NCBI GenBank assembly: GCA_963798915.1
Contig: CAWCVB010000010.1
Location: forward strand, 64,001-128,000
Origin: an uncultured Gemmatimonadales bacterium
Lineage (GTDB): Bacteria > Gemmatimonadota > Gemmatimonadetes > Gemmatimonadales > GWC2-71-9
Direction: 5' to 3'
Length of the DNA stretch: 64,000 nucleotides
Position numbers and translations under genes: made by a program. Positions 33,295-43,079 of the stretch are shown piece by piece (the first letter of the stretch is position 1; each line of letters opens with the position of its first letter). The notes below the pieces were generated by a model. The model saw nothing but the letters and a program-made list of their open reading frames with translations. It was not told the DNA's origin and ran no database searches.

Positions 33295-33716
33295 CCCCTG
33301 GGCGGCTCGGTGCTCGATGCGTCAAACTCGAGCGAAGCGGAGTTCAGGCAATAGCGCAGCCCGCCGGGCGCGGGGCCGTCGGGAAAGACATGCCCCAAGT
33401 GAGCGGCGCAGCGGCTGCAGTGCACTTCGGTACGGGTCATCCCCAACTTGCGATCGGTGGCGGTCTCGATGGCCTCGCGGCTGACCGGGTCCGTGAAGCT
33501 CGGCCAACCCGTACCGGAATCGAACTTGGCGTCGGAGGCGAACAACGGCTGGCCACAGCCAATACACCGATACATTCCTTCCACCTGGTTGTCCCAGTAC
33601 TTGCCAGTGAAGGCTGGCTCCGTGCCGGCTTGGCGGGTCACACGATATTGATCAGGCGTCAGTCGCGCTCGCCATTCGTCATCGCTCAGGTGCTTCCAGT
33701 CTGGACTGTCAGGCAT
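33291..33716 (-). CDS. msrB: Peptide-methionine (R)-S-oxide reductase
   Basis: [48 protein letters not shown]. Confidence 0.95.
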   Translation of the reverse strand: MPDSPDWKHLSDDEWRARLTPDQYRVTRQAGTEPAFTGKYWDNQVEGMYRCIGCGQPLFASDAKFDSGTGWPSFTDPVSREAIETATDRKLGMTRTEVHCSRCAAHLGHVFPDGPAPGGLRYCLNSASLEFDASSTEPPRG

Positions 33717-33755
33717 CAGGACCTCAGGGGTTCGTCGGGCATCCATGGCACACAT

Positions 33756-36407
33756 TCAGGTAGTGAGTTCCGTTCGGGCGTGTGATGCACTCACCGGCGC
33801 GCGCCTTCCGCGCACCATTCCCTCCGCTGCCACGCCAGAGCGAAGAGCATCAGCGGCCGTGGCCTGCACCTGCGCCGCGGTCACTTCCCGGAAATGCGAC
33901 CCGGGATCATCCAGTTCCGCCAGCCCGTCGCCAATCATCCATGCCTCAAGGATCTCGCCCGCCACGGCGCCAGCACTCTGGCGGCGTACCCGCGTCTGCC
34001 CGTCGAGGTAGCGGATGGCACGCTGAAGCTCGTCCGCCTCCACCGGCTCAGTGGCAAATCGATCAAGTTCCTCGAGCATGGCGACCCTGGCCTCGTCCTC
34101 CCGCTCGGGAGAGGTGGCGATGTAGGTGACCAGTGCCCCGGCGCGTCCACGCTGCCAGGTGCTGAGCAGGACGGTGTAGGCCAGCGACCGCTTGTCCCGC
34201 AAGGCCTCAAAGAGACGGCCGCCGAGCCCACTCGCTATCGCGGCCAGCACGGTGGCAGCGTGTCGAGCCCTGTCCCGGCGCGCCGGCCCCGGGAACAGCA
34301 TTGCAAACGCCGTCTGGGCGCGGTCGCGCTCGACGATGCGCTGGCCTCGAGTCTCAAGTAGCACGCCCGCATCGCCGCCGGCGCCAGCGTCCCGTGCCGG
34401 CAAGTCGGCGAAGACGGCGCTAAGTCGGTCGGCCAGCAGGCTTTCATCGCCATCCCCCACCGCGACGATTACCGGCCGGGACTGGCTGCGTGCATTCGCG
34501 AGCCATCGCCCGGCGTCGGCTGCCTCGAAGGTAGTCAGGGTCTCGACGGTGCCATGCAGCGGAAGACCGTAACCGGCATCGCCGAATCCGGCCCGAAACG
34601 CCAACTCGAACGGATAGGTGAACATGTCGTCAGTGGACTGCCGTACCTCCTCGATCAGCAGGTCGCGCTCCCGGCGGACCGCTTCCTCATCGAAGCGTGG
34701 CGCTTCCAGCACCAGCCTGAGGAGTTCGGCGCTGCCCTGCGCATGGCGACCCAGCACACCGGCGCCGAAGCCAAACCAGTCCGACGCGACCACGGGTGAC
34801 ACCGACCCGCCCTGTGACTCAAAGGCATAGGCAAGCTGGCGCGCGTCCAGCAAACCGGCGCCGCGAACTGCCGAACGGACGGCGAGCGCACCCAGGCCGG
34901 CCTCGCGCGGCGCATCGAACCGGGTCCGCGGATAGTAGAGACCCAGCGACACCAGTGGTACGCCCGGCTTCCGCCGCACCAGCAGGTCCGCCCCCTTCAG
35001 CGCGACGTGAAGCACACCATGCTCACGCTCGCGCGGCGCCGCCGGAGCGGCTGCGTGCAATGGGGGAGCCCAGCGCGGTACCAGCGTCGACGGAATGCCG
35101 CTCCCGCGGAACGCCTGCGCCAGGCGATCGGTCGTCAGGTCCTCGCCATCCTCGGTCGGCAGGTAGACCACACCCGCCACTGCGCCGGGATCGAGATAGC
35201 GCTCCGCCACGGCCCGGACTTCATCCACCGTGACCTGCTCGAGCCGCTGGTAGTCGCGGTCGAGCAGCGCCGTGTCTCCCAGGGCTTCGACCGACGCCAG
35301 CGCCATGGCGTGGCCTTCCATCCCTTCCAGCCGGCGGGCCCACTGGTACTGCAGCAGTGCGCGCGCCCGATCAAGGTCCTCACTGGTCGGCCCGGTGCTG
35401 GCCAGGCGGCGCACCGCTCCACCGATGCCGTCGAGCGCCTGGCCCACCCGAGCCGGAGGCAAGTCGGCGCCGATCGAGAAGATCCCGATTTCTGTGGGTG
35501 AGTAGTGGTAGGCGCCGACCCCCATGGCAGCACCAGTTTCGCGCAGCTGCTGGTACAGCCAGGCACCGCGGCCGGATGCCAGCACCGCCGCCGCGAGATC
35601 GAGGGGCACATTGTCGTCGTGGAGTGCGGGGACACCACGCCAGCCCAGAACCAGCTCCGCCTGCGCCACGTCGCCGCGCAGGGTTCTCACTCGCAGCTCG
35701 TGATGGGGCGGCTCCTCGGGCGATTGGTCAATGGCACCCGGTGCTGCCACCCAATCGCCGTAGCAATCCATCGCCAGGGACAGCGCGCCCTCGACCTCGA
35801 TGTCACCCACGATGGAGACGATCACCCGGCTCGGCACATATCGAGAACGGTAGTAGCCGACGACGTCGCTTCTGGTGTACCCGCGCAACTGCTCCTCGGT
35901 CCCGATCCGCCACCGGCGAATGCGGTGGCGGTCGAACATCACGCCGTTCAATGTTTCGGCCGCCACGGCCGACGGCGAGTCCAGTTTTCGCTTGGCTTCC
36001 TCAATGATGACCTGCAACTCACGGCGCAACTCGTCGGCATCGATTGCCGAGTTGCGGAGGGCGTCGCTCTGGATGGCTAATGCGCGGGCCAGACCCTCGG
36101 GCGGGAGTACGACGTAATAGGCGGTATGGTCGTAGGCCGTGTGGGCGTTGACGTAACCGCCCAGCGCCTTGGTCTCTCGCGCCACCACTCCGGGCCCGCG
36201 CGTCGCTGTTCCCTTGAAGAACATGTGCTCGAGGACATGCGAAATGCCGACCTGGTCGTCCGGCTCATCGAAGAAACCGGCGTTCACATGCGTGACCACC
36301 GCGACCGCGGGGGCCGAGGCGTCGCGCAGCGCCAGGATGGTCAAGCCATTGGGGAGAACAGTGCGCCGGAGACCGGCGGTCCAGCGAGGAGAGGGAGCGG
36401 TGGTCAT
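33756..36407 (-). CDS. M16 family zinc protease (pitrilysin-like, fused two-subunit type)
   Basis: LPNGLTI, GISHVLEHMFFKGT (HxxEH), NAHTAYDHTAYY, LFEALRDKRSLAY. Confidence 0.92.
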   Translation of the reverse strand: MTTAPSPRWTAGLRRTVLPNGLTILALRDASAPAVAVVTHVNAGFFDEPDDQVGISHVLEHMFFKGTATRGPGVVARETKALGGYVNAHTAYDHTAYYVVLPPEGLARALAIQSDALRNSAIDADELRRELQVIIEEAKRKLDSPSAVAAETLNGVMFDRHRIRRWRIGTEEQLRGYTRSDVVGYYRSRYVPSRVIVSIVGDIEVEGALSLAMDCYGDWVAAPGAIDQSPEEPPHHELRVRTLRGDVAQAELVLGWRGVPALHDDNVPLDLAAAVLASGRGAWLYQQLRETGAAMGVGAYHYSPTEIGIFSIGADLPPARVGQALDGIGGAVRRLASTGPTSEDLDRARALLQYQWARRLEGMEGHAMALASVEALGDTALLDRDYQRLEQVTVDEVRAVAERYLDPGAVAGVVYLPTEDGEDLTTDRLAQAFRGSGIPSTLVPRWAPPLHAAAPAAPREREHGVLHVALKGADLLVRRKPGVPLVSLGLYYPRTRFDAPREAGLGALAVRSAVRGAGLLDARQLAYAFESQGGSVSPVVASDWFGFGAGVLGRHAQGSAELLRLVLEAPRFDEEAVRRERDLLIEEVRQSTDDMFTYPFELAFRAGFGDAGYGLPLHGTVETLTTFEAADAGRWLANARSQSRPVIVAVGDGDESLLADRLSAVFADLPARDAGAGGDAGVLLETRGQRIVERDRAQTAFAMLFPGPARRDRARHAATVLAAIASGLGGRLFEALRDKRSLAYTVLLSTWQRGRAGALVTYIATSPEREDEARVAMLEELDRFATEPVEADELQRAIRYLDGQTRVRRQSAGAVAGEILEAWMIGDGLAELDDPGSHFREVTAAQVQATAADALRSGVAAEGMVRGRRAPVSASHARTELTT

Positions 36408-36502
36408 TCAGAAAGATAGGGGGGATGGGCGGATGCGGCGCGAGGACGACGATCGTCCGACGCGGTCATTGTGAGCGCCCATCCGCCTTCCCGCCTGCCC
36501 GG

Positions 36503-37618
36503 CTACGAAACGATTCTGATCACGCCGGCCGCGGCGCTGCCACGAACGAAGGCCTCCGGACTTGTGACTGGAATGACGACGCCGGTCTCGGTCTGGCCCC
36601 GACGCGCATGCCCCAGCATGAACTCGCTCAGCGACGCCGTCTGCCACTCACGCTCGGCATCCTTCATCTGCTGGAGAATCTCGTCCCAGGTTCCCCGCAG
36701 CAGGGTGCCGGCAAGGGTCATGACCTCGTGGACGCCACCATTGGGCGGGCGCCGCGGGGCATGCGGGTCCGTCAGCAATGCAGCGAAAAGTTCCAGCTGG
36801 GTCGGATCCCGCAGCGACCCATCAGGCTGCTGGGCTTCCACCTCCGCGAGGAGCATTTCCAGCGCATCGGGTTCGGCCGTGATCTGCTCCAGCCGGGACA
36901 TCCAGGGTTCGAGCTCGGGATCGTCATCCGGCAGGCGGTACACACTCCGCTTCAGTTCAATGACACGCCAGAGCGCCAGCTCATCGAAGTGGTCCTCGGG
37001 GCGGGTGCGCTCCAGGTGATGCAGCGCGGCATCGCTCTCGCCGCGGTCGTACAGCATGTTCGCCAGGTAGATCCGCGCTTCAGCGAAGTCGGACTCCAGG
37101 GCCAGCGCGCGCCGAAGCCAGTACAGGGCATCGCCCTCCCGGCCCAGCCGGTGTGCCGCGTATCCGATCGACGCCGCCGCATCGGACGAGTCGGGATGCA
37201 CCTGGCTGGCGAGCTCGAAGAACCGATGCGCCGGTCCGGTGAGTCCCTCCCGAAAAAGAGACCGGCCAACCTGGAGCATCAGGTCATGATCGTCCGAAAA
37301 ACCGAGATCAAGGATTCGTTCGAAGGCACGGATCGCGCCGGCGCGATTGCCGAGTCGAAGCAAGGTCTCGCCCATGCCGGCCAGTCCATCCTCGTGATCC
37401 GGATCGAGCGCCAGCGCGGCTTCGAACGCACGCCGGGCCCACGCGATGTCCTCGCGCGCGAGGTAGGCATAGCCGAGACCGACCTGTAATTCGACCGCGT
37501 GGGGATAGAGCACGAGGCCTTCGCGAAGCACGGTCAAGGCGTCGTCGTAGCGTCCCTCGTTGTACAGCTGGTGGGCCTGCTCGTCAAAGTCGTCGGAGCT
37601 GCGAAAGGCATCCGACAT
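36503..37618 (-). CDS. Tetratricopeptide repeat protein
   Basis: Multiple TPR-like helices (LGYAYLARE..WARRAFEAALALDPD); GGAGG RBS. Confidence 0.85.
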   Translation of the reverse strand: MSDAFRSSDDFDEQAHQLYNEGRYDDALTVLREGLVLYPHAVELQVGLGYAYLAREDIAWARRAFEAALALDPDHEDGLAGMGETLLRLGNRAGAIRAFERILDLGFSDDHDLMLQVGRSLFREGLTGPAHRFFELASQVHPDSSDAAASIGYAAHRLGREGDALYWLRRALALESDFAEARIYLANMLYDRGESDAALHHLERTRPEDHFDELALWRVIELKRSVYRLPDDDPELEPWMSRLEQITAEPDALEMLLAEVEAQQPDGSLRDPTQLELFAALLTDPHAPRRPPNGGVHEVMTLAGTLLRGTWDEILQQMKDAEREWQTASLSEFMLGHARRGQTETGVVIPVTSPEAFVRGSAAAGVIRIVS

Positions 37619-37725
37619 CGGCGGGGCCTCCAAGGGTGGGAAGGCAGTGGGCTGTGAGGTATGGGCTGAAGGTAATGGGCTGAAGGCTACAAGCTGAAGG
37701 GAGCGGGTGGAAGGCTTCCCGGCCC

Positions 37726-37770
37726 TTGACGTGGAGCGCGACCCATTTAATTTACCGACCAGTCAGTTAC
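37726..37770 (+). promoter_or_regulatory. Sigma70-like promoter with imperfect palindromic TetR operator
   Basis: TTGACG-16nt-TAATTT followed by ACCGACC/AGTCAGT imperfect inverted repeat just upstream of tetR. Confidence 0.5.
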
Positions 37771-37785
37771 TTAGGACGTTTCTTG

Positions 37786-38457
37786 ATGGAACCAAAACCC
37801 GATTCCCCAATCCCCTGCTCCCGTGAACCACGCTGGCAGCGCCGTCCCGAGGACCGCCCCGACGAAATCCTGGCCGCGGCACTCCGGATCTTTGGCGAAC
37901 AGGGCTACGCCCGCGCCCGGATCGAGGACGTGGCCCAGCTCGCCGGCGTGAGCAAGGGCACGCTGTACTGCTATTTCGATTCCAAGGAAGCGCTGTTCCG
38001 CGCCATGGTCCGCAAGCATATCGTGAGCCGGCTGGCCGATTTCCAGGCCAAGCTCGACACCACCGATGCCTCATCGACTGACCTGGTGCGCAGCTTCATC
38101 GCCGCCATGTGGCATACCCTGATCGACGACCGCATGGTGGACATCACCCGGCTGGTGCACCACGAACTGGTGCAATTCCCCGAACTGGCCCGCTTCTATT
38201 CGGACGAAGTGATCCTGGCGACGCGCCGCACACTCGAGGGCGTCATTGCGCGGGGCGTCGAGCGGGGCGAATTCCGGCAGGTGAAGCACGGCTTCGGCAG
38301 CCGGGGCACCCAGATGCTGCTGGTGCACGCGGCGAAGCTGCAGAGCTTCTTCGCCATCCATGATCCGGACGCGCTGAATGACCAGGAAGTCGTGGAGGGC
38401 GTCACCGATCTCATTCTGAACGGGCTGGCGGCCCGCCCTACCATCCCAGCACCATGA
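37786..38457 (+). CDS. TetR/AcrR family regulator
   Basis: EILAAALRIFGEQGY...IEDVAQLAGVSKGTLYCYFDSKEALF. Confidence 0.93.
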   Translation: MEPKPDSPIPCSREPRWQRRPEDRPDEILAAALRIFGEQGYARARIEDVAQLAGVSKGTLYCYFDSKEALFRAMVRKHIVSRLADFQAKLDTTDASSTDLVRSFIAAMWHTLIDDRMVDITRLVHHELVQFPELARFYSDEVILATRRTLEGVIARGVERGEFRQVKHGFGSRGTQMLLVHAAKLQSFFAIHDPDALNDQEVVEGVTDLILNGLAARPTIPAP

Positions 38458-39770
38458 CTCGACACTTCACGCTATTCGCGCTTGCGCTGCTTGCGGCGGT
38501 TTCACCGCTTGCGGCCCAGACCGCCGGCACCACGCTGCCGGTTCCCTTCACGCTCCAGGACGCCATGCAGCTCGGGCGGGACCACGGCGTGGCGGCGGCA
38601 CTCGCCCGCCTCAACGCCCGGCTGGCCGAGTCACGCGTGGGTGAGCGGCGCGCTGACCTGCTGCCCAGCATCAACGGCGGGGCGACCTTCGCGCGCCAGA
38701 CCACGAACCTCGACGAGTTCGGCATCAGCGAATTCACCGGCGTGACTGACCCGTTCAACATCTGGCGACTCACCCTGGGTGGCAGCCAGACGATCTTCGA
38801 TGCGGCCGCACTGACGCGTGTGAGTGCGGCGCGCGACAGCGCCACCGCCGCCGGACTCGACGCCCGCGCCGCCGGCAACCTGGCCGCCGCATCCGCGGGC
38901 GTGGCCTACCTGCGCTACGCTGCGGCGCTCGAGACGGTGCAGGCGCGGGAAGCCGACAGCACCATCGCGGCCGCGCTCTACCAGCAGGCCCGGGATCTCC
39001 TCGAGGCCGGGGTCAGCGCCGCCATCGATGCCACCCGGAGCGAGGTCGCATTCGCCGCAGCCCGCACCGACCTCGAGCTCGCACGGAACCAGCGGGATCG
39101 CGCGCGGCTTGATCTGACCCGCGCGCTCTCGCTGCCTCCAACCATTGCCATCAGCATGCCTGACTCGCTGACGAGCATCGCCGCTGGACTGCCGAGCGAT
39201 CCGGATTCGGCGGTGGCGCTGGCCTTTGCGCGTCGCGCTGAACTTGCGGCCGAAACGGCGCGCACACGCGCCATCTCCCGGAGCGCCACCGCCATACGAC
39301 GCGAACAGCTGCCATCCCTCGCCGTGCAGGGTGCGGTGCAGGAAACCGGTCCGGACCTCGACCAGTTCTCCAGCGTGTGGCACGTGGAGGTCGGGGTCAA
39401 GGTCCCCCTGCTGGACGGGTTCCGGCGACAGCGGCGGATCGAAGAGCAGTCGTTGCGGCTGGATGCCCAGCGCCTGCGGCAATCGGATCTGGAAGTGCGC
39501 GTCGCCACTGAAGTGCGGAGCTCGTTGCTCGATCTGTTGTCGGCACGGCAGCAGGTCGGTCTCGCCCGCACCCGGCTCCAGCTGGCGCAGCAGGAACTGA
39601 CGCAGGCACGGCAGCGTTTTGCCGCCGGCGTTGCCGGAACGGTCGAGACCTCGAACGCCCAGAGTTCGGTCGTGGCCGCTCGCAACGGACTGATTCAGGC
39701 TCACGCTGCGCTTGGTACCGCTGAAGTCGGCGCCATGCAGGCCATGGGCCTCCTGGACAATGCACAATGA
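38454..39770 (+). CDS. TolC family outer-membrane efflux protein
   Basis: Signal peptide, TLQDAM, LLPSING, VKVPLLDG; operon context. Confidence 0.88.
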   Translation: MTRHFTLFALALLAAVSPLAAQTAGTTLPVPFTLQDAMQLGRDHGVAAALARLNARLAESRVGERRADLLPSINGGATFARQTTNLDEFGISEFTGVTDPFNIWRLTLGGSQTIFDAAALTRVSAARDSATAAGLDARAAGNLAAASAGVAYLRYAAALETVQAREADSTIAAALYQQARDLLEAGVSAAIDATRSEVAFAAARTDLELARNQRDRARLDLTRALSLPPTIAISMPDSLTSIAAGLPSDPDSAVALAFARRAELAAETARTRAISRSATAIRREQLPSLAVQGAVQETGPDLDQFSSVWHVEVGVKVPLLDGFRRQRRIEEQSLRLDAQRLRQSDLEVRVATEVRSSLLDLLSARQQVGLARTRLQLAQQELTQARQRFAAGVAGTVETSNAQSSVVAARNGLIQAHAALGTAEVGAMQAMGLLDNAQ

Positions 39771-39788
39771 ACTTTTCATGGAATCATC

Positions 39789-40901
39789 ATGGCAACTGAC
39801 GTCCTGAACGGCTCCGACATCGAGCGCGAGTCGACCAGCACTCGAGAGCCGGCTGCGCCGCGGGCGCGCCGCCGCTTCAATCCATTGCTCATCGTCGTGG
39901 TTATCGGCGCCCTGCTCCTGACCTTTGGCCTGAAGCGATACATCTACGGGCGAAGTCACGAATCCACCGACAACGCGCAGGTAGATGGCCACATCACGCC
40001 CATTGCGCCCAAGCTGGCCGCCTTTGTGGCCCGGGTCATGGTCGAGGACAACGCGCGGGTACGCGAGGGCGATACCCTCGTGATCCTGGACGACCGTGAC
40101 GTGCGGCTCCGGCTGCAGCAGGCGCAGGCCGAGCTTGCCACGGCGCGTGCGGCAGCGGGCACCCGGGGCCTGGGCCAGGCCGAAGCACAGTTGAATTCCA
40201 CGCGGGCCGCGGCGGCGGGCTCCAGGGCCAACGTGACGGCCGCCGAGGCCGCTGTGCGTCAGGCGGATGCCGACCTGGCCCGTTATCGCGGCCTCGCGGC
40301 CAAGCAGATCATCTCGGCCCAGCGACTCGATGCCGCCGAGGCCGCTGCGCAGGCCGCGCACGCCAACCTGGAGGCGGCTCGTCGCCAGGCTTCGGCGGGT
40401 GGCAGCAACGTGACGGCGGCCGCGGCCAATGTGCGGGCGGCGGATGCGCGTCTGGCCGCGGCGCAGGCGGCCGTGGACAACGCCGAACTGCAGCTCTCCT
40501 ACACGGTGATCACGTCGCCGGCCGAAGGGGTCATTGCCCGCCGCAGCGTCGAGCCGGGTGAGCTGGTCCAGGTCGGGCAGCAATTGATGGCAGTGGTGCC
40601 CGATACGGGCATCTGGGTCACCGCAAACCTGAAGGAGACCCAGTTAAAGGACGTGACTCCCGGAGACTCGGCGGCGTTCTCGGTCGACGCCTATCCCGGC
40701 GTCGTCTTCCGCGGAGCGGTCCAGAGCCTCTCGCCGGCCACCGGAGCGCGCTTTGCCCTCCTGCCGCCGGACAACGCCACCGGCAACTTCACCAAGGTGG
40801 TGCAGCGCGTGCCGGTCCGGATTGACGTCGAGAATCCGGGAGCGGCGGAGCACCCGCTCCGGCCGGGCATGAGCGTCGAAGTCACCATCTCGACGCACTG
40901 A
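39789..40901 (+). CDS. EmrA/HlyD family membrane fusion protein
   Basis: ESTDNAQVDG, FALLPPDNATGNFTKVVQRVPVRI, LRPGMSV. Confidence 0.93.
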   Translation: MATDVLNGSDIERESTSTREPAAPRARRRFNPLLIVVVIGALLLTFGLKRYIYGRSHESTDNAQVDGHITPIAPKLAAFVARVMVEDNARVREGDTLVILDDRDVRLRLQQAQAELATARAAAGTRGLGQAEAQLNSTRAAAAGSRANVTAAEAAVRQADADLARYRGLAAKQIISAQRLDAAEAAAQAAHANLEAARRQASAGGSNVTAAAANVRAADARLAAAQAAVDNAELQLSYTVITSPAEGVIARRSVEPGELVQVGQQLMAVVPDTGIWVTANLKETQLKDVTPGDSAAFSVDAYPGVVFRGAVQSLSPATGARFALLPPDNATGNFTKVVQRVPVRIDVENPGAAEHPLRPGMSVEVTISTH

Positions 40902-40903
40902 CC

Positions 40904-42490
40904 ATGGCGACCCTGGCACTGCCCGCCCGGCCCGCTCCACGGGACCGGGCGGAGATCTTCCGCTTCCGCTATGTGATCGCCTTTGCCGTGGTGCTGGCCA
41001 GCATGCTCGAGCTGGTGGACACCAGCATCGTCAACGTCGCGATTCCCCATATGATGGGCAATCTCGGCGCCACGATCGAAGAGATTGCCTGGGTGAGCAC
41101 CGGCTACATCGTGGCCAACGTGATCATCCTTCCGCTCACTGGCTGGCTTTCGGACCGCTTCGGCCGGCGCAATTACTACACCGGCTCGATCATCCTCTTC
41201 ACCGGTGCGTCGTTCCTCTGCGGCAACGCCCATTCACTGGAGTGGCTGGTGGGCGCGCGAGTGCTGCAGGGCATCGGCGGCGGCGCGCTCATTTCGACCG
41301 CACAGGCCATTCTCTTTGATGTCTTCCCGCTGCACGAGCGGGGCAAGGCGATGGCCATCTTCGGCATGGGCGTGATGGTGGGGCCCACACTGGGACCGAC
41401 GCTGGGCGGCTGGATCACCGACAACTATTCGTGGCCCTGGATCTTCTACATCAACATCCCGCTCGGCATTCTGGCCGCCATCATGACGTGGCGCTACGTG
41501 CCCGAACCCGAACATGAGGTGGACACGAGCACGCCGGTTGACTGGGCCGGACTGGCGCTCCTGATCCTCGGCGTCGGCGCACTTCAGGTGCTGCTGGAAC
41601 GCGGCGAGGCACATGCATGGTTCGAGTCACGCGAAATCGTGGCGGAAACCCTGGTCGCTGGCATCGCGATCATCGCCTTCTTCTGGCACGAATGGACCAC
41701 CGACCACCCGGTGGTGAACCTTCGCATTCTCCGGAACCGCCAGCTGTTCGCCGGAACAGCCTTCGGGCTGGTCCTTGGATTCGGGCTGTATGCCAGCGTC
41801 TTTGCCCTTCCGGTCTTCCTGCAGACCCTGCTTGGCTATTCGGCCTGGGACACCGGCCTGGTCATTCTGCCGGGGGCCATCGCGAGCGCGCTCACGATGG
41901 CGATCGTGGGACGGCTGAGCAACAAGTTCGATGCCCGGGTCCTGATCCTGATCGGCGTGGCGCTCTTCATGTGGTCCATGTGGATGCACTACCACTTCAC
42001 GCTCGACATCGGCATGGGTGATCTCTTCTGGCCCATGGTCTTTCGCGGGGTGGGGCTGGGCTTCATCTTCGTCCCGCTGTCACAGCTGGCGGTAGCCGAT
42101 CTCAGGCCCAGCCAGCTGGGGCAAGGCACCGGCTTGTTCAACCTCTCCCGGCAACTGGGCGGCAGCTTCGGGATTGCAGTTGCCGCGACCCTGCTCACCC
42201 GTTTTACCGAGCAGAGCCGGGAGGCCTTGCGGGCTCATCTCGACATCAGCGAGCCGGCAACCCGCTCCTGGCTGGGCGGGGTGACGGCACGCATGCAGGC
42301 CCTGGGCGGGTCCGCCTCGGAGGCGCGCGAGCGGGCCATGACGCTGATCGAAGCCACACTGCACCGGCACGCGAGCATGATCGCGTTCGAGAAGGTCTTC
42401 CTGACGATGGGCCTGGCGTTTCTGGTCACGCTTCCGCTGCTGTACCTCTTCCGGACCGGGAAGACGATGGGCGGCCCGCCGGCGCACTGA
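40904..42490 (+). CDS. DHA2 (EmrB/QacA) MFS efflux transporter
   Basis: LVDTSIVNVAIPHM, GWLSDRFGRR, GPTLGPTLGGWITDNYSWPWIFYINIP. Confidence 0.94.
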   Translation: MATLALPARPAPRDRAEIFRFRYVIAFAVVLASMLELVDTSIVNVAIPHMMGNLGATIEEIAWVSTGYIVANVIILPLTGWLSDRFGRRNYYTGSIILFTGASFLCGNAHSLEWLVGARVLQGIGGGALISTAQAILFDVFPLHERGKAMAIFGMGVMVGPTLGPTLGGWITDNYSWPWIFYINIPLGILAAIMTWRYVPEPEHEVDTSTPVDWAGLALLILGVGALQVLLERGEAHAWFESREIVAETLVAGIAIIAFFWHEWTTDHPVVNLRILRNRQLFAGTAFGLVLGFGLYASVFALPVFLQTLLGYSAWDTGLVILPGAIASALTMAIVGRLSNKFDARVLILIGVALFMWSMWMHYHFTLDIGMGDLFWPMVFRGVGLGFIFVPLSQLAVADLRPSQLGQGTGLFNLSRQLGGSFGIAVAATLLTRFTEQSREALRAHLDISEPATRSWLGGVTARMQALGGSASEARERAMTLIEATLHRHASMIAFEKVFLTMGLAFLVTLPLLYLFRTGKTMGGPPAH

Positions 42491-42493
42491 GGA

Positions 42494-42609
42494 GGTCAAC
42501 GGTCAACGGTCAACGGTCAACGGTCAACGGTCAACGGTCAACGGTCAACGGTCAACGGTCAACGGTCAACGGTCAACGGTCAACGGTCAACGGTCAACGG
42601 TCAACGGTC
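42494..42609. repeat. Perfect heptamer tandem array (GGTCAAC)x16
   Basis: 42494-42605 = 112 nt = 16 copies, plus a partial copy. Confidence 0.97.
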
Positions 42610-42677
42610 GCGCGAATATGCTCCCGGATGCGATGATCCGGTACTGTAGCTCTCGCATGCACCTGCCACAGTAGGGC

Positions 42678-43037
42678 ATGGGGAACTACCGCGCGCTCGA
42701 TGCCTGGCAGGCCAGTCGCACCTTGGCCGGGCTCACGTACCGGGCGACGGAGCGGTTCCCGCCTGCCGAGCGCTACGGCCTCACGGCCCAGATGCGACGC
42801 GCCGCGGTCTCGATCATGTCGAATATCGCCGAGGGAGCGGGTCGAGGCAGCGACGCCCAATTCCGTCCCTTCCTGCAGATTGCTCGCGGCTCTCTCCATG
42901 AACTCGAAGCCCAGACCATCCTGGCGAGCGACCTGGCATTCGGCAGCGAGGCTTCACTCGCCGAACTGACTGAGGCGACCCGCCAGACAGCCCGACTCCT
43001 GCACGGCCTGCTCCGCTCACTAAAGAACGCCCCCTAG
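42678..43037 (+). CDS. Four helix bundle protein (23S rRNA IVP / Avd-like family)
   Basis: YRALDAWQAS, FPPAERYGLTAQMRRAAVSIMSNIAEGAGR, FLQIARGSLHELEAQ. Confidence 0.93.
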   Translation: MGNYRALDAWQASRTLAGLTYRATERFPPAERYGLTAQMRRAAVSIMSNIAEGAGRGSDAQFRPFLQIARGSLHELEAQTILASDLAFGSEASLAELTEATRQTARLLHGLLRSLKNAP

Positions 43038-43038
43038 C

Positions 43039-43076
43039 GACCGTCGACCGTTGACCGTCGACCGTCGACCGTCGAC
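43039..43076. repeat. Heptamer array (GACCGTY)x5, reverse complement of the 42494 array
   Basis: gaccgtc gaccgtt gaccgtc gaccgtc gaccgtc gac. Confidence 0.9.
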
Positions 43077-43079
43077 TCA

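Noticed and set aside
42494..42609. Possible CRISPR array
   Set aside because: Contiguous 7-bp units with no spacers and no cas genes
42678..43037. Diversity-generating retroelement (Avd-like gene) or 23S rRNA intervening sequence
   Set aside because: No reverse transcriptase, TR/VR pair or rRNA sequence seen in the window
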